A DNA stretch of 63,558 bases, counting the filler, from Rozella allomycis CSF55 (Eukaryota): the NCBI GenBank assembly GCA_000442015.1. It is 17 parts of 17 records of this genome, joined end to end, with 100 filler letters (N's around TTAATTAATTAA, not from the genome) between each part and the next. Parts side by side here need not be neighbours in the genome. Positions count along the whole stretch, not along the records: positions 18,031 to 24,532 come from KE560669.1; positions 24,633 to 26,005 come from KE560670.1; positions 26,106 to 27,451 come from KE560676.1; positions 27,552 to 29,619 come from KE560679.1; positions 29,720 to 38,004 come from KE560680.1; 12 more parts are not named here. One strand, given 5' to 3'. Of the stretch, positions 19,118-29,776 are shown piece after piece (within the stretch, counting starts at the first letter, position 1; each line of letters opens with the position of its first letter). Made by a program: the position numbers and the translations under genes. Under the pieces are notes generated by a model that saw only the letters and a list, made by a program, of their open reading frames with translations, made no database searches and had not been told where the DNA came from.

Positions 19118-22100
19118 ATGAGCTTGACAATTTGGTGTAATATTGATTTTGAGGGTAAACTAGGCACGGGTAATGTAAAAGAAACAAATTCCTTTATTAT
19201 TGAAGAACTCAATAAAAAGATGCCGTTTAAAAATATGTCATGGAAGTCAACTTTAAGCACACTTTCTCTTGGCCACCGAAACTGGACAAATAATGAATCT
19301 CTTGACGTCCACTTTACAGAAGAGCGGACTTTAGCAAATTCTATTCCTGTTGACTCAACGTATCCTGTGTACTCACAAAGTCATCCAATATGCCATATTT
19401 ATGTTATCGACTGTGATGTAATAAAACTTGATTATTACGAGTAGGATGTAGACATATATAAAAATCAATTGAAGAATCAAATCAAGGGATGGGTTGGTAG
19501 AAAGAATGACCATGTGATTGTACACTTTTCGAGGACTGAAGCATCACGAAACAAGTTTAATTTGAGATTTGGGGTTTTGGATAAACTAAAGTCTGATTTT
19601 AACGATAAAAGAGACAGATGTGTGCAAATCAGACAATTGGAGTTGTTGGATAGTGAGATGTGGTCTGAAGTGATGAAGAGACTGAGTGAATTAATTTTGG
19701 CTTGTTTTGGTTTTTATATAATGAATATGGAAGATGAAGTGAAAAAGATTGAGGCGCAAAAAAGTCTTCCGGGGTGGAATTTCTGTTCGTATTTTTCAGT
19801 GAAAGAATCGATGGCGTTAAATTATATTTCAATGAAAATGTTTGATGAATCTTTAATTATTTATGAAGAGCTAGATGCAATGTTGCAGTATTATATTAAT
19901 GACAAGGAATTTTGGTTGAAGACGTTTATGAAAAATGATTTTAAAGAAGAGGAGGATTTTAGCAAAACAAGAAATGAAATTTATGAATCTTCAATTTCTA
20001 TTTTCGATTTTCTTTCTTACGTCTTTAAAAGAAAACTTGAATTGTTTTTGCAAATGAAGGATTACAAACTTGTTTTCCTTCGATCAATTGAGTTTTTTCA
20101 AAGAATATTTCAAATTGCAAAAGAGAAGCTTTCAGAAACTTTTGTTTATTCTTGGATTTATTCTCAATGTATGAAGATTCTTGATAAAACAATGAAATGT
20201 GTTCTGGTCAGAGAACAGGAATTTGCTAAATCAACTTTTCTGTTTTATTCTTTGAGAATTTTAGAATCGATTGGTTCTTTACTCGGCTATCTCCCAAAAG
20301 GGAAGAATTTGTTGTGTTGCCGTGAACCAGGGTCAGTCATCCTGATTAAGCTTTCAGAAGAAGTAATTGGGGAATTACGAAATAAATTGACAAACGACAA
20401 TAGTTCATTTGATTCTTTATATTTGGTAAATTTATCGTATTAAATTGAAAGGATTTAATTCAAATGATTGTCAAAAGTGCCAATTTATGCGGTAGACAAA
20501 GGTTGGAGAACTTGGCATTGAATAATTTATCCTATTTGCATGCGATTAGAGATAATCATAAAGAATCAATAAAAATTTATGATGAATTAAAGAATTACTA
20601 TTTGAAACAAGGTTGGTATTCTTTGGAAAGCGACATTTTAATAAAATTGGCTAGAAACTTGAAGAGTAATTCTGAATTTTCAAAGTAACGCTTTTATTGA
20701 TGAGGTAAAAGATACGCGAGCACTTGCATTTCTTTGATCAGTAAAACACAATATTTAATGAATGATGCGATTCATTATTTTACTAAAGAATTGATAGACA
20801 TTGCTCATTCAATTTCAAATGGTATTTTATTATATAAATTTTAAAAAGATGTTTATTCAGAATTTAAAGTTTTTCAAATCAAGAGTTTCAAAAAGGATTC
20901 ATTGGACACTTTTGATGAATTCCTTTATTTTGACATTTCCATTGTTAATCTTTTGCCTTTTGTAATAAAATATAAAATAAATTTAAAAGAATGTTCCATT
21001 TGATAGCATCGTCCTGGTTTTGCTCGGGACTGAAAATGAATTGATTTTTAAAAGTCAAGGCGGATTAGACCCTGGCGAAAACAATTTAACTTTAAAATGT
21101 CCAGACATTTCTCTAGTAGGAAATTACGTTTTGGAAAAAATAACACTTTCATTGGGAAAAATTCATTTCAGCTACAATTTTCTATTACATGGGTCTAAAG
21201 TGATTTTTCAGCGCACAATTCCAAAATGGTTTCTTAATGTTCAAGTCACTCTTCCTACTGAAATAAATTTGGATGATTCGCCTTCTTGCAGATGGATCAT
21301 CAGCCAGTTCAATGAACCTTTAAAAGAACTGACTTTCTCTATATTAAACGATGTTGACATTTTCCANACTTTCTATGTTGACATTTTCCAAAGCGAAATT
21401 ATTTCAAAATCAAACTCTATTGAAAGAAAATTAAGTCTGATTGATGGGAAAGTAGTTTTAGGTGATTTTGAAGCAGGATCACAAATCTACTTTGACACTT
21501 TTTACAATAAAGGTTTGCCGCCAATTTTAAATCAAGTAAATTTCATTAATAAATTTGAAAGGTGAAAGTGGATGTTTCTTTTATCAACAGCCATGGGGCT
21601 AAAACCACTACTATAAATTACTTTGATCTCGAACCATTCTATCCAATTAATTTAAACCTTTCATACTATTTTTCATCAAAGTCGTACGTCAATCTTCAAT
21701 TACTCATTCAAGATTGATGTTGGAATATCAAATAGAAAATATAAGCAACGATACATTGATAATTGAATCAACTGACGCTGAAACAGCAATAGATATTAAA
21801 ACTGATTATTTCAAAGATTCATTAGTAAACAATGTTAATTTCTCATAAAGATTATTCCTTCAAAAAGCTCTTCTACCCTTGGATTGCTCATTTCAAACGT
21901 GAATGACAAACCTTGTTCTGAATGGCTTCCAAACAACGTAAAGTTGAAATTTAAAGTTTCAAATATTAAAATTCAAATATCAAACGCTCTGGACGAAATT
22001 ATCAAACAATTTAGAAACAAGCCAGAATATCATTGGCTACGATTAAAGTTCAATGAAATATTAGCCACCAATTACCTCGAAGATTATTTTCTACATCACG

Positions 22101-22731
22101 GATGTCTCACCCTACCCACTATCAATTTGGAAGATGAAAAAATAACAATTTGGGAGTCAATCGTCAAAGTAAAACTCTACTTTCATCCGTATTAGAAAAT
22201 GGAGCAAGCTGCTCTTGATAAGAATGTCTCTTCTTTAATGACACTAAATGTTAATCTTCCTTCATGTCAGGTAAGAACTTTCCTCCGCATTAAGAGTCCC
22301 TCATTTCGTCTAAAATTGTACTGAAATCCAAAAACAGTGAGGTTTTCGTCGGATCACTGATAAAATTAAGTTACTCGTTTTCCCTATCAAGCTGCCTTGA
22401 TACAGAACTAGAATTTTCGGCAAAATTGGAAATCAATCGTAACCACTGGGTTGTGTGCGGATGCATCTCAAAGAATTTCAAGCTTACAAATAATCAATCC
22501 TTTGACTTAAATATATCAGTAATTCCGCTAAAGACAGGCTACCTGCCCCTACCAGGAGCAAATGTCGAGTGTTTGAATGATTCCACTTGCCAGACTGTAA
22601 TGACAACCAATGGTAAGCAAATTTATGTTACTGTGCCAAATACGAAACCATCCACATATTTTCTCGGATCCATTCTCAATGGTTCCAACATGATGAAATC
22701 GCCTTCTGTGTTTTCGATTGGTCAAATGTAA
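19118..22731 (+). CDS. TRAPPC10: TRAPP II subunit Trs130/TRAPPC10, about 10 tiny introns
   Basis: VLDKLKSDFN...RCVQI, LPGWNFCSYFSVKESMA, YEELDA and C-terminal W.VCG...IPLKTGYLPLP. Confidence 0.88.
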
Positions 22732-22784
22732 TAAATTAAAAAAATAAAACATTATCAAAAATTCTTTATTAAAATGCTATCATT

Positions 22785-23402
22785 TTAGTTGGAAGATTTG
22801 GAGCGCTTCTTGATCAAGTATCCAGCAATTCCAACAAGTGCAAGACCTCCTCCAACTGAAGCAGCGATGGCGCCAGTAGACATTCCCTCGCTTTTGGTTT
22901 CAGAGTCTTTTGTCTCATCAGATACTTCAGCAGCTTCTGCATTTTCTTCTTTAGGCTCGGCGACGACGTTTTCAGCTTCGGCTTGTGCTTCCTCTGCAAT
23001 TTGTTTTTCAGGTTCCGCTTGAGGTGCTTCAGGTTCTACTGGTGCGTCTTGTTCGGCTACGGGTTTATCACCTGCTACCTCCCCATCGTCTGAAGTCTTG
23101 TCAGTTGGTTGAGCCTTTTCATCTATCATATTTGCTTCAGTCTCTTTATTTTCTGGTTCTGCATTTGGTTCGTTAGTGGTAGCTGAAACCTCACTTTTTT
23201 TCTCGTTAGGCTTGCTACCTATGAAAGGAACCCATGAGGGGATCCAATTCCTCGATGTGCTCTTAGCTTCAGGTACAACAGGAGCAACAGATGGAGCAGG
23301 TGAAGTAGTGTTAATTTCTGGAGTTGTTTGAGTTTCAACTGGCATGGCAGATACAGAAACGGCAGTGACTGCGAGTATAGTGAAAACAGTTTTCAAGTTC
23401 AT
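22785..23402 (-). CDS. Type I membrane surface protein with acidic Ala/Glu/Pro-rich stalk
   Basis: Signal peptide, low-complexity ectodomain, GMSTGAIAASVGGGLALVGIAGYLI TM helix, short basic tail. Confidence 0.75.
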   Translation of the reverse strand: MNLKTVFTILAVTAVSVSAMPVETQTTPEINTTSPAPSVAPVVPEAKSTSRNWIPSWVPFIGSKPNEKKSEVSATTNEPNAEPENKETEANMIDEKAQPTDKTSDDGEVAGDKPVAEQDAPVEPEAPQAEPEKQIAEEAQAEAENVVAEPKEENAEAAEVSDETKDSETKSEGMSTGAIAASVGGGLALVGIAGYLIKKRSKSSN

Positions 23403-23551
23403 CTCTCTTTTTATGTGTGGCTGAGTGTTTTTTCAGTATTTATACTTTGAAATTTCCAAAATTTATTTTTAGAACTCTCTAGAACTATTTAAAGATATTT
23501 GATAATTTTAGCATTGTATAGATTTTGATGCATTCAAATTGCCATATAAAA

Positions 23552-24205
23552 CTAACCATTTAATTCCTCGTAATTTATTTCGTTTGTATAATCTAAACAG
23601 AATAGGGCACACACGACTAGAGTAGTGGCACAGAGAAGCGGTATTGGCCCAAAAAGCCAAGCAAGTGTGGGGAACGCAAAGTAATATCCTCGGTTACCGA
23701 TGCTGTGATAATTTGATGCCTTTTGAAATATTTTATACACATAATCTGGCGAGAGATCTTGAACAGAGATGAGCAAATTGACATGATTCAAGAACCTGAT
23801 AGCCTGAGAGTAAAAGAAGAATGCAAAGAAGAATAGAAAAATGAGGATAAATAGTTTGTAGAAGGCCCAATCTGGAGTCTCGTTTTGGCCATAGATGTAT
23901 GTGTTTAGCGGTGCCAGGCGCTCTGTTGACGTGGCGAGGGCGGCTATAGCGGATGCGATGATTATAGATGTCGAGGCATAGAAAGATGAGATCATGATCA
24001 TGTTTCGTAATGTTTGTACTCCAAGGATGTCTCTTTTTTGTGTGACTATTGAGGTTATCCATTTGTAGCGGATGGAGCGGTTGAGTCCTATGACTGTTCT
24101 CTGGGGATGATAGATGCAAGCATATAAAAGTGTAATGTGGTATATTATGAGAGCAATGTAGCAAGATGGAGCGATAATTAGGTCAAGATAGTCGGAGTTT
24201 GTCAT
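23552..24205 (-). CDS. DUF599 family membrane protein
   Basis: TVIGLN...R..WI...DILGVQTLRN.IM.SSF.AST and GNRGYYFAFP.LAWLFGP. Confidence 0.85.
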   Translation of the reverse strand: MTNSDYLDLIIAPSCYIALIIYHITLLYACIYHPQRTVIGLNRSIRYKWITSIVTQKRDILGVQTLRNMIMISSFYASTSIIIASAIAALATSTERLAPLNTYIYGQNETPDWAFYKLFILIFLFFFAFFFYSQAIRFLNHVNLLISVQDLSPDYVYKIFQKASNYHSIGNRGYYFAFPTLAWLFGPIPLLCATTLVVCALFCLDYTNEINYEELNG

Positions 24206-24632
24206 CGCACAATAATCAAAATTTTGGGATTTTGAAAATACTTGAAATAAAATAATTGACATTTTTTCAAACTTGATAAATTAAAATTGCTTGAGAACAT
24301 TTAATCCTCACAAAAACCCAACTTTGGGCAACCTGTAAATTTCATAATCTACTAATGAGGGTAAACAAGCAGAAAATAATAGTATCATTATTCCAAGGTA
24401 AAAATTTTCTCTAAAATCCACAGGTCGTTATTTTCCGCGCAATCCATCATCCAAGGTGTACTTCCAATGCAACTTTATGCGCCAATTGTTGTTAACGGAG
24501 CCAGTTGATCTAGTGTATGAGCCTGTGTGGGANNNNNNNNNNNNNNNNNNNNNNNNNNNNNNNNNNNNNNNNNNNNTTAATTAATTAANNNNNNNNNNNN
24601 NNNNNNNNNNNNNNNNNNNNNNNNNNNNNNNN

Positions 24633-25480
24633 TGCTTACGATTATTTGTGCAGTAATTGTTAACTTCCAAATTTACCCTTGTCTCATGCGTCAACCATTT
24701 TAAAAGAGCCTTCACAATTTTTGTGGACTATGGATGGAAAGTTCTAATCTCATGGACCGTGTGACACAATACATTGAAAACTTTAGTGAGAATAATGATG
24801 AATTTAGTGATTCTATGTGTCAGGCGGCTACCTCGTGCAAAGAAAAATTGGAAAACTACTATGATGTGACCAGTGATGGATGTACAGTTGCAACAGTACT
24901 TGATCCCCGTTTGAAATTGGAATATTATAAAGCCTTTGAAAACCAGGAAGGCCACACAAACTCTCTAGAAATTAAGCAAAAGGTTCAAAATATGTATGAG
25001 GCCAGAGGCCAAGTACGCGGCAACGCACGACTCCGCGGCTGCGCCTGCTACTAAAGCGACAGGCTTTGTCCAATCTATTTTCAAGAAGCGTAAAATTACT
25101 CCACAATCGGAACTGGACGAGTATCTTAACCAGCCCACCGTGGATGCAACCATTCAACCCCTCAATTGGTGGAAGTCAAATGAACTTATGTTTCCTACAT
25201 TATCTAAAATGGCGAAAGATTATCTTGCCATACCAGGTACATCAGCTTCGTCTGAACGTTTGTTTTCATCTGGCCGCCAGCTTATCACTGACTTTCGCTG
25301 TTCATTGAGCCCCGCTACTATTCAAGCATGCATGTGCCTTAAGGGATGGCTCAAAGCCGAAAAACATGAAGAAAAAAATTAAAAAAGATAATAAATATAC
25401 GAAATTTTACATATTAGGTATTTGATAACAATTTGCAAATAATTTGGACCTTTTGAAACTATTTGCAAATCAAATACAAA
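24633..25480 (+). mobile_element. hAT DNA transposon, 3' part; transposase frameshifted
   Basis: ATVLDPRLKL and hAT dimerisation domain ELDEYL..PLNWWK..FPTLSKMAKDYLAIPGTSASSERLFS. Subterminal ATTTGCAAAT palindromes at 25431 and 25461. Confidence 0.9.
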
Positions 25481-25544
25481 NGTGCCAGATGGAGCACTTT
25501 AATGGTGCAACACCATACTGGACCGGTGTCACTCGTTAAATAAA

Positions 25545-25569
25545 TTTCATTTCATTTCATTTCATTTCA
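25545..25569 (+). repeat. (TTTCA)5 microsatellite preceded by AATAAA
   Basis: ttaaataaa followed by five tttca units. Confidence 0.85.
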
Positions 25570-26105
25570 CTAAGCCACTTTTCACTAAATAAAATCCAGG
25601 ATGTCCCCCTGGTTACANACTAAATAAGTCCCCCTGGTTACAACTTTACTTTGTCACATAAGCAATAAGCACACCGGAAATATCTTAATATGTCACATCG
25701 GCAAAATTGGAGCACCACCAGGGGTCCAGGATAGAGGATCAGTGACCTATGATACGTTATAAGCTAACATTATAGCCCTAGATATCGACTGTTCTTTGCT
25801 AGATTGTATATAACTTAAACTCAGAACATTTAATTTATCAATAAAAAAGATACATTAAAAAAATATGCAAGATGCATAGGATTATTGATAAACTCTGCTA
25901 AATAATCATAAATTGAATAATGAATCTCCAATAAATTTCAATTACTTTGAAATAATTATTATAATATTTATTGTTCTTTTCCAATTTAATTTACCAATAA
26001 TCCCANNNNNNNNNNNNNNNNNNNNNNNNNNNNNNNNNNNNNNNNNNNNTTAATTAATTAANNNNNNNNNNNNNNNNNNNNNNNNNNNNNNNNNNNNNNN
26101 NNNNN

Positions 26106-27077
26106 GATTGCGCCACGAGCAATTTCTTTTTCAATTATAGAGGAAACAGAAAATCCGACTTCTGTTATGAGGCCATGGTTTCGTTGAAATCAAATCCGCA
26201 TAAAAATCTTGAACTCTCATTTGCTGGATCTAAGATTATTTCAAAAAACTTGACGATATCAAATGGTAATATACATTAAATGATTTTTAGAGGATTGATA
26301 TTTAGCCACGATAATCAAACTCAAATGATGGAACTTGAAGATTTTAAGGTTACTTTACCTGAAGATGAAATATCTAGAACCTTCTGGAAATATAGGTTTT
26401 TGCAATCGTATCCATTTGCTCGTATTAACAAATCGAGGCATCATTTGGAACGCGGAGAATCTAATGATGAGTTAATTTTACGCAAGGAGGCATTAAAGGA
26501 CACCACAGAATTAGTTATTCAAATTGAAATCGGGTTTAATATTCATGAGTTTTCTATTGATCCATCCTTCGACGTGGTTGGTTTCCACGATATACTTTTT
26601 CCGGGTGATCTTTTCGCTGTTGAGAAGAAAGGCGCAAAGAATTGCGTGTTTACTGCTACACTGAATGGAATGGACCCTGCTAGTGCCCCATGTGGAAAGT
26701 TTGTCACTATAAAGCCAGTAGAAAAGGTATCGACAATGGAAGTATTTGTTAACCAATTCTCAAATTTTTCTAAACAATTTTTTATTTATCCAATTAGTAA
26801 GATAAATTGTGTGTAATGACAAGAATTCACTGGTATTATAAGGAGAAATACGTTCTTTCTATCGTTAATTATGGACGACCTTTTCATCAGATCGCTTTGG
26901 CAAGAGAAAAGGTCTTCAATAAGTATTAGTCCCAAAGCCTTTCCAAGAATGGTCTTTCCGTGTCATGGAACTCATTTTCAACTTAAATGTGACATTCAAC
27001 AATACGCACAGTTCAAAGAATGGAGAGTATTAAATGAACTCGGTCACGAGTTAGCTTATTTGACTATAACGAAATAA
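26106..27077 (+). CDS. Hypothetical protein, 3' part, two probable tiny introns
   Basis: ORFs 26280-26816 and 26871-27077 are joinable by short GT..AG introns; no family recognised. Confidence 0.5.
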
Positions 27078-27146
27078 ATTTCAACTTTGGTCATTAGATT
27101 ATAGATTTTTAGTTCATGCTGCGCCTGTATAAAAGCGCGCCAATTT

Positions 27147-27451
27147 ATGAATTCTTTCTTTTCTCCCGGAATAGAGTTGGATTTTAAAAAATATAAGAAA
27201 TCAGAACTTTACCTAGATATACTTAACAATATTCAATGTTCATGGTACAAGAGATTGAATACCACTCTTTTTGCAAGTTCAAGATGCTCAAGTAATTTCC
27301 AACTATATTAAATACGCAGATGACAAAAGTTTTATGGCAGTATCTGATGAAAATGGGAACATTAGGTTTTTGGAAACCAGCCCCAATCCTGGTGACAATG
27401 TGATAACTGCACTGGCGTGGCAAGCGCACAAAAATGCCATAATGGATTTAA
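27147..27451 (+). CDS. CDT2: WD40 protein Cdt2/DTL, N-terminal part (truncated by contig end)
   Basis: MAVSDENGNIRFLET...WQAHKNAIMDL matches the first WD repeats of denticleless/Cdt2; intron 27292-27319. Confidence 0.75.
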
Positions 27452-27551
27452 NNNNNNNNNNNNNNNNNNNNNNNNNNNNNNNNNNNNNNNNNNNNTTAAT
27501 TAATTAANNNNNNNNNNNNNNNNNNNNNNNNNNNNNNNNNNNNNNNNNNNN

Positions 27552-28880
27552 GGACACTTTATCAATTCAAATTCATGCCAATCATTCAACATTTTTTCAA
27601 TTTCAAAATTTATAGGTTTAGTTATCATGGAATGATTGCTACTTAAAATGTTTCCATCAATAGTTTCAATTTGATGCTTAATTGGTCTGACATTATAGGC
27701 TATATTATGTTGTCTAGCAAATTCAAGATCCATAAATGAATGAGATGCTCCAGAATCAATCAGTGCTTCGACTTTAAATTTATCGGTGGATAAAATAACA
27801 GTAAAATGCTCATTGTCTTCCAAATGATTTGATGAAGAAAGAAGATAATCAGAATTATGTTTTATATCACTACGAGAATTATTAGAGCAATTACGCGCAA
27901 TATGTCCACTTTGGCGACATTTAAAGCATCTACCCTCCTTCCTACAACGTTCACGCTCTTCCATGGTAAGTTTCGTCAACTTTCGAGTGGCATCTAAGAT
28001 CATTGGCGTTGTATCATCAGATATTGTCACTGTGTCGCGACACATTTCATCACGATGTTTTCGCTCATCAATCTTCATTATCAAATCATAAAATTCCGAA
28101 ATAGTCTCGAGTTCATCAAAATACTTCAAATGGGTCTTAACATCGTTATTGACAGCTTGATATACGAACGCTTTGATTGCCTCATCATTGAAACCAGACA
28201 TTGGTGCTAACCGCTGAAATTCTGCAATAGTTGCCGCCACAGAACGTTTGCCTTGCCTAATGTTCATGATTTCCCTCTCTGCGGTGATCTTGTTCTCCTT
28301 TAACCCAAATTGACGCTTTAGTTTGCTTTGAAATTCTTCAAAAGAACCACTCACTTCATTTGTAATCCAATAAGAATCTAACCATTTAGCAGCTGACCCA
28401 CGTAAGTATGAAGCCGCGAAAATTACTTTCAACCTATCGGACGTGAACTTTTCTTTTTGCGCTTCAAAAACAAAGTTGATCTGACGGATAAATGAAGGTA
28501 ACTTTTTGGAATCCCCAGTAAAAAAGTCTGGATCGGCCACTTTGATATTTCCCTTTCCCGAGTACCTTTGATCAAGCACGCCTGCTACTTGTTCTAATTG
28601 CTGAGATGACAACCGTGGTGCTGGTAAGTCCGTGCCTTCCGGGTTCTGTGTTTTCAAGTAATCTTGTAGTTCTGGTGAAATATTCATGGGAGATTAGTCT
28701 TGTTAAAGTATAAAGAAATAACTTAAGAAAAGACTTTTGTTAACTGAGTTAACAAGACTGAAGTCTTGTTTCCTCCACTTTATTTATAAGATAATACTTT
28801 AGCTTCCATCATCTAGAATCTCTGGAGTGATCTTCGGAAATCTCAAAGATACTTTCTTGGATCTCAAACAATTCTTTACA
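27552..28880 (-). mobile_element. Ty3/gypsy LTR retrotransposon, 5' part: LTR, gag, zinc knuckle, protease
   Basis: ORF from 28687: PDFFTGD..LRGSAAKW capsid, PMILD, CFKCRQSGHIARNC knuckle and ALIDSGAS protease in one frame. Confidence 0.92.
28701..28880 (-). repeat. Putative 180-bp 5' LTR
   Basis: Minus strand TGTAAAGA...ACTTTAACA termini, TATAAATA at 28788-28781, gag ATG 14 nt after the LTR end. The second LTR is not in the window. Confidence 0.65.
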
Positions 28881-28896
28881 GCCACTTTGGACATTT

Positions 28897-29000
28897 CCCC
28901 GCACCACCTTAATAAAACTGGGAAAAAATTAAAATTTCCCCCACCATTTGTTATTTGCCCGCATCACCTTAATAAAACTGGAAAAAAACTGAATTTCCCC
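28897..29000 (+). repeat. Direct repeat with 60-bp period
   Basis: cccgca(c/t)caccttaataaaactgg(g/a)aaaaa...aatttcccc occurs twice. Confidence 0.8.
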
Positions 29001-29776
29001 CAAAAAAGGGTAATCTATTAAAGCTTGGGCTAGAAAACTAATCTAGAGCCAAAAAAGATTTTCTTTAAATCGCCAACCGGACGGGAAGTTTATAATTGTT
29101 GACAAATTTCTTCACACAAAACCACTGTTTTGTATCTTTATCATTTTTTGACATAAGTTGAAAAATTGTCAGGGCTTGCACCCATGTTTGAGGTTATTAT
29201 AACTGAAATTTTTTTTCTCCAAGGGTGTAATGTAAACCTTATCGAATCATCTGTATCATCTGCATCTGATAGAGTCTATCTCCAAAGCCTATGTTGACCA
29301 TATAAGAAGAGCTTCCTGGGAGCTTACCCAGGTTATTTATCATAAATAACNATTTTATACCTTCGTTTTAAATTATAGTATAAATAACCTAACAACGCGC
29401 AAATGTCTGAAAACACTCACGAATCAATGTTACGTGATATAAAAAGTAAGCAGGATGATAAAGATGTGACTACATCGATTTTAACTCAGACCAGAGACAA
29501 AGATGAGAAGAAAAAGTCATCGACAGAAGTATTATGTTAATACAAGGGTATTCGCTTACTGTTATAAAAGGCACCCATGTAATTTTTTTTTCTTCACTTC
29601 CTTTAAAATCTTTAGACTTNNNNNNNNNNNNNNNNNNNNNNNNNNNNNNNNNNNNNNNNNNNNTTAATTAATTAANNNNNNNNNNNNNNNNNNNNNNNNN
29701 NNNNNNNNNNNNNNNNNNNAAAAAAGTAACAATAATAACAAATAACTTTATTAATAATTATTGTGATGAAATAAAT

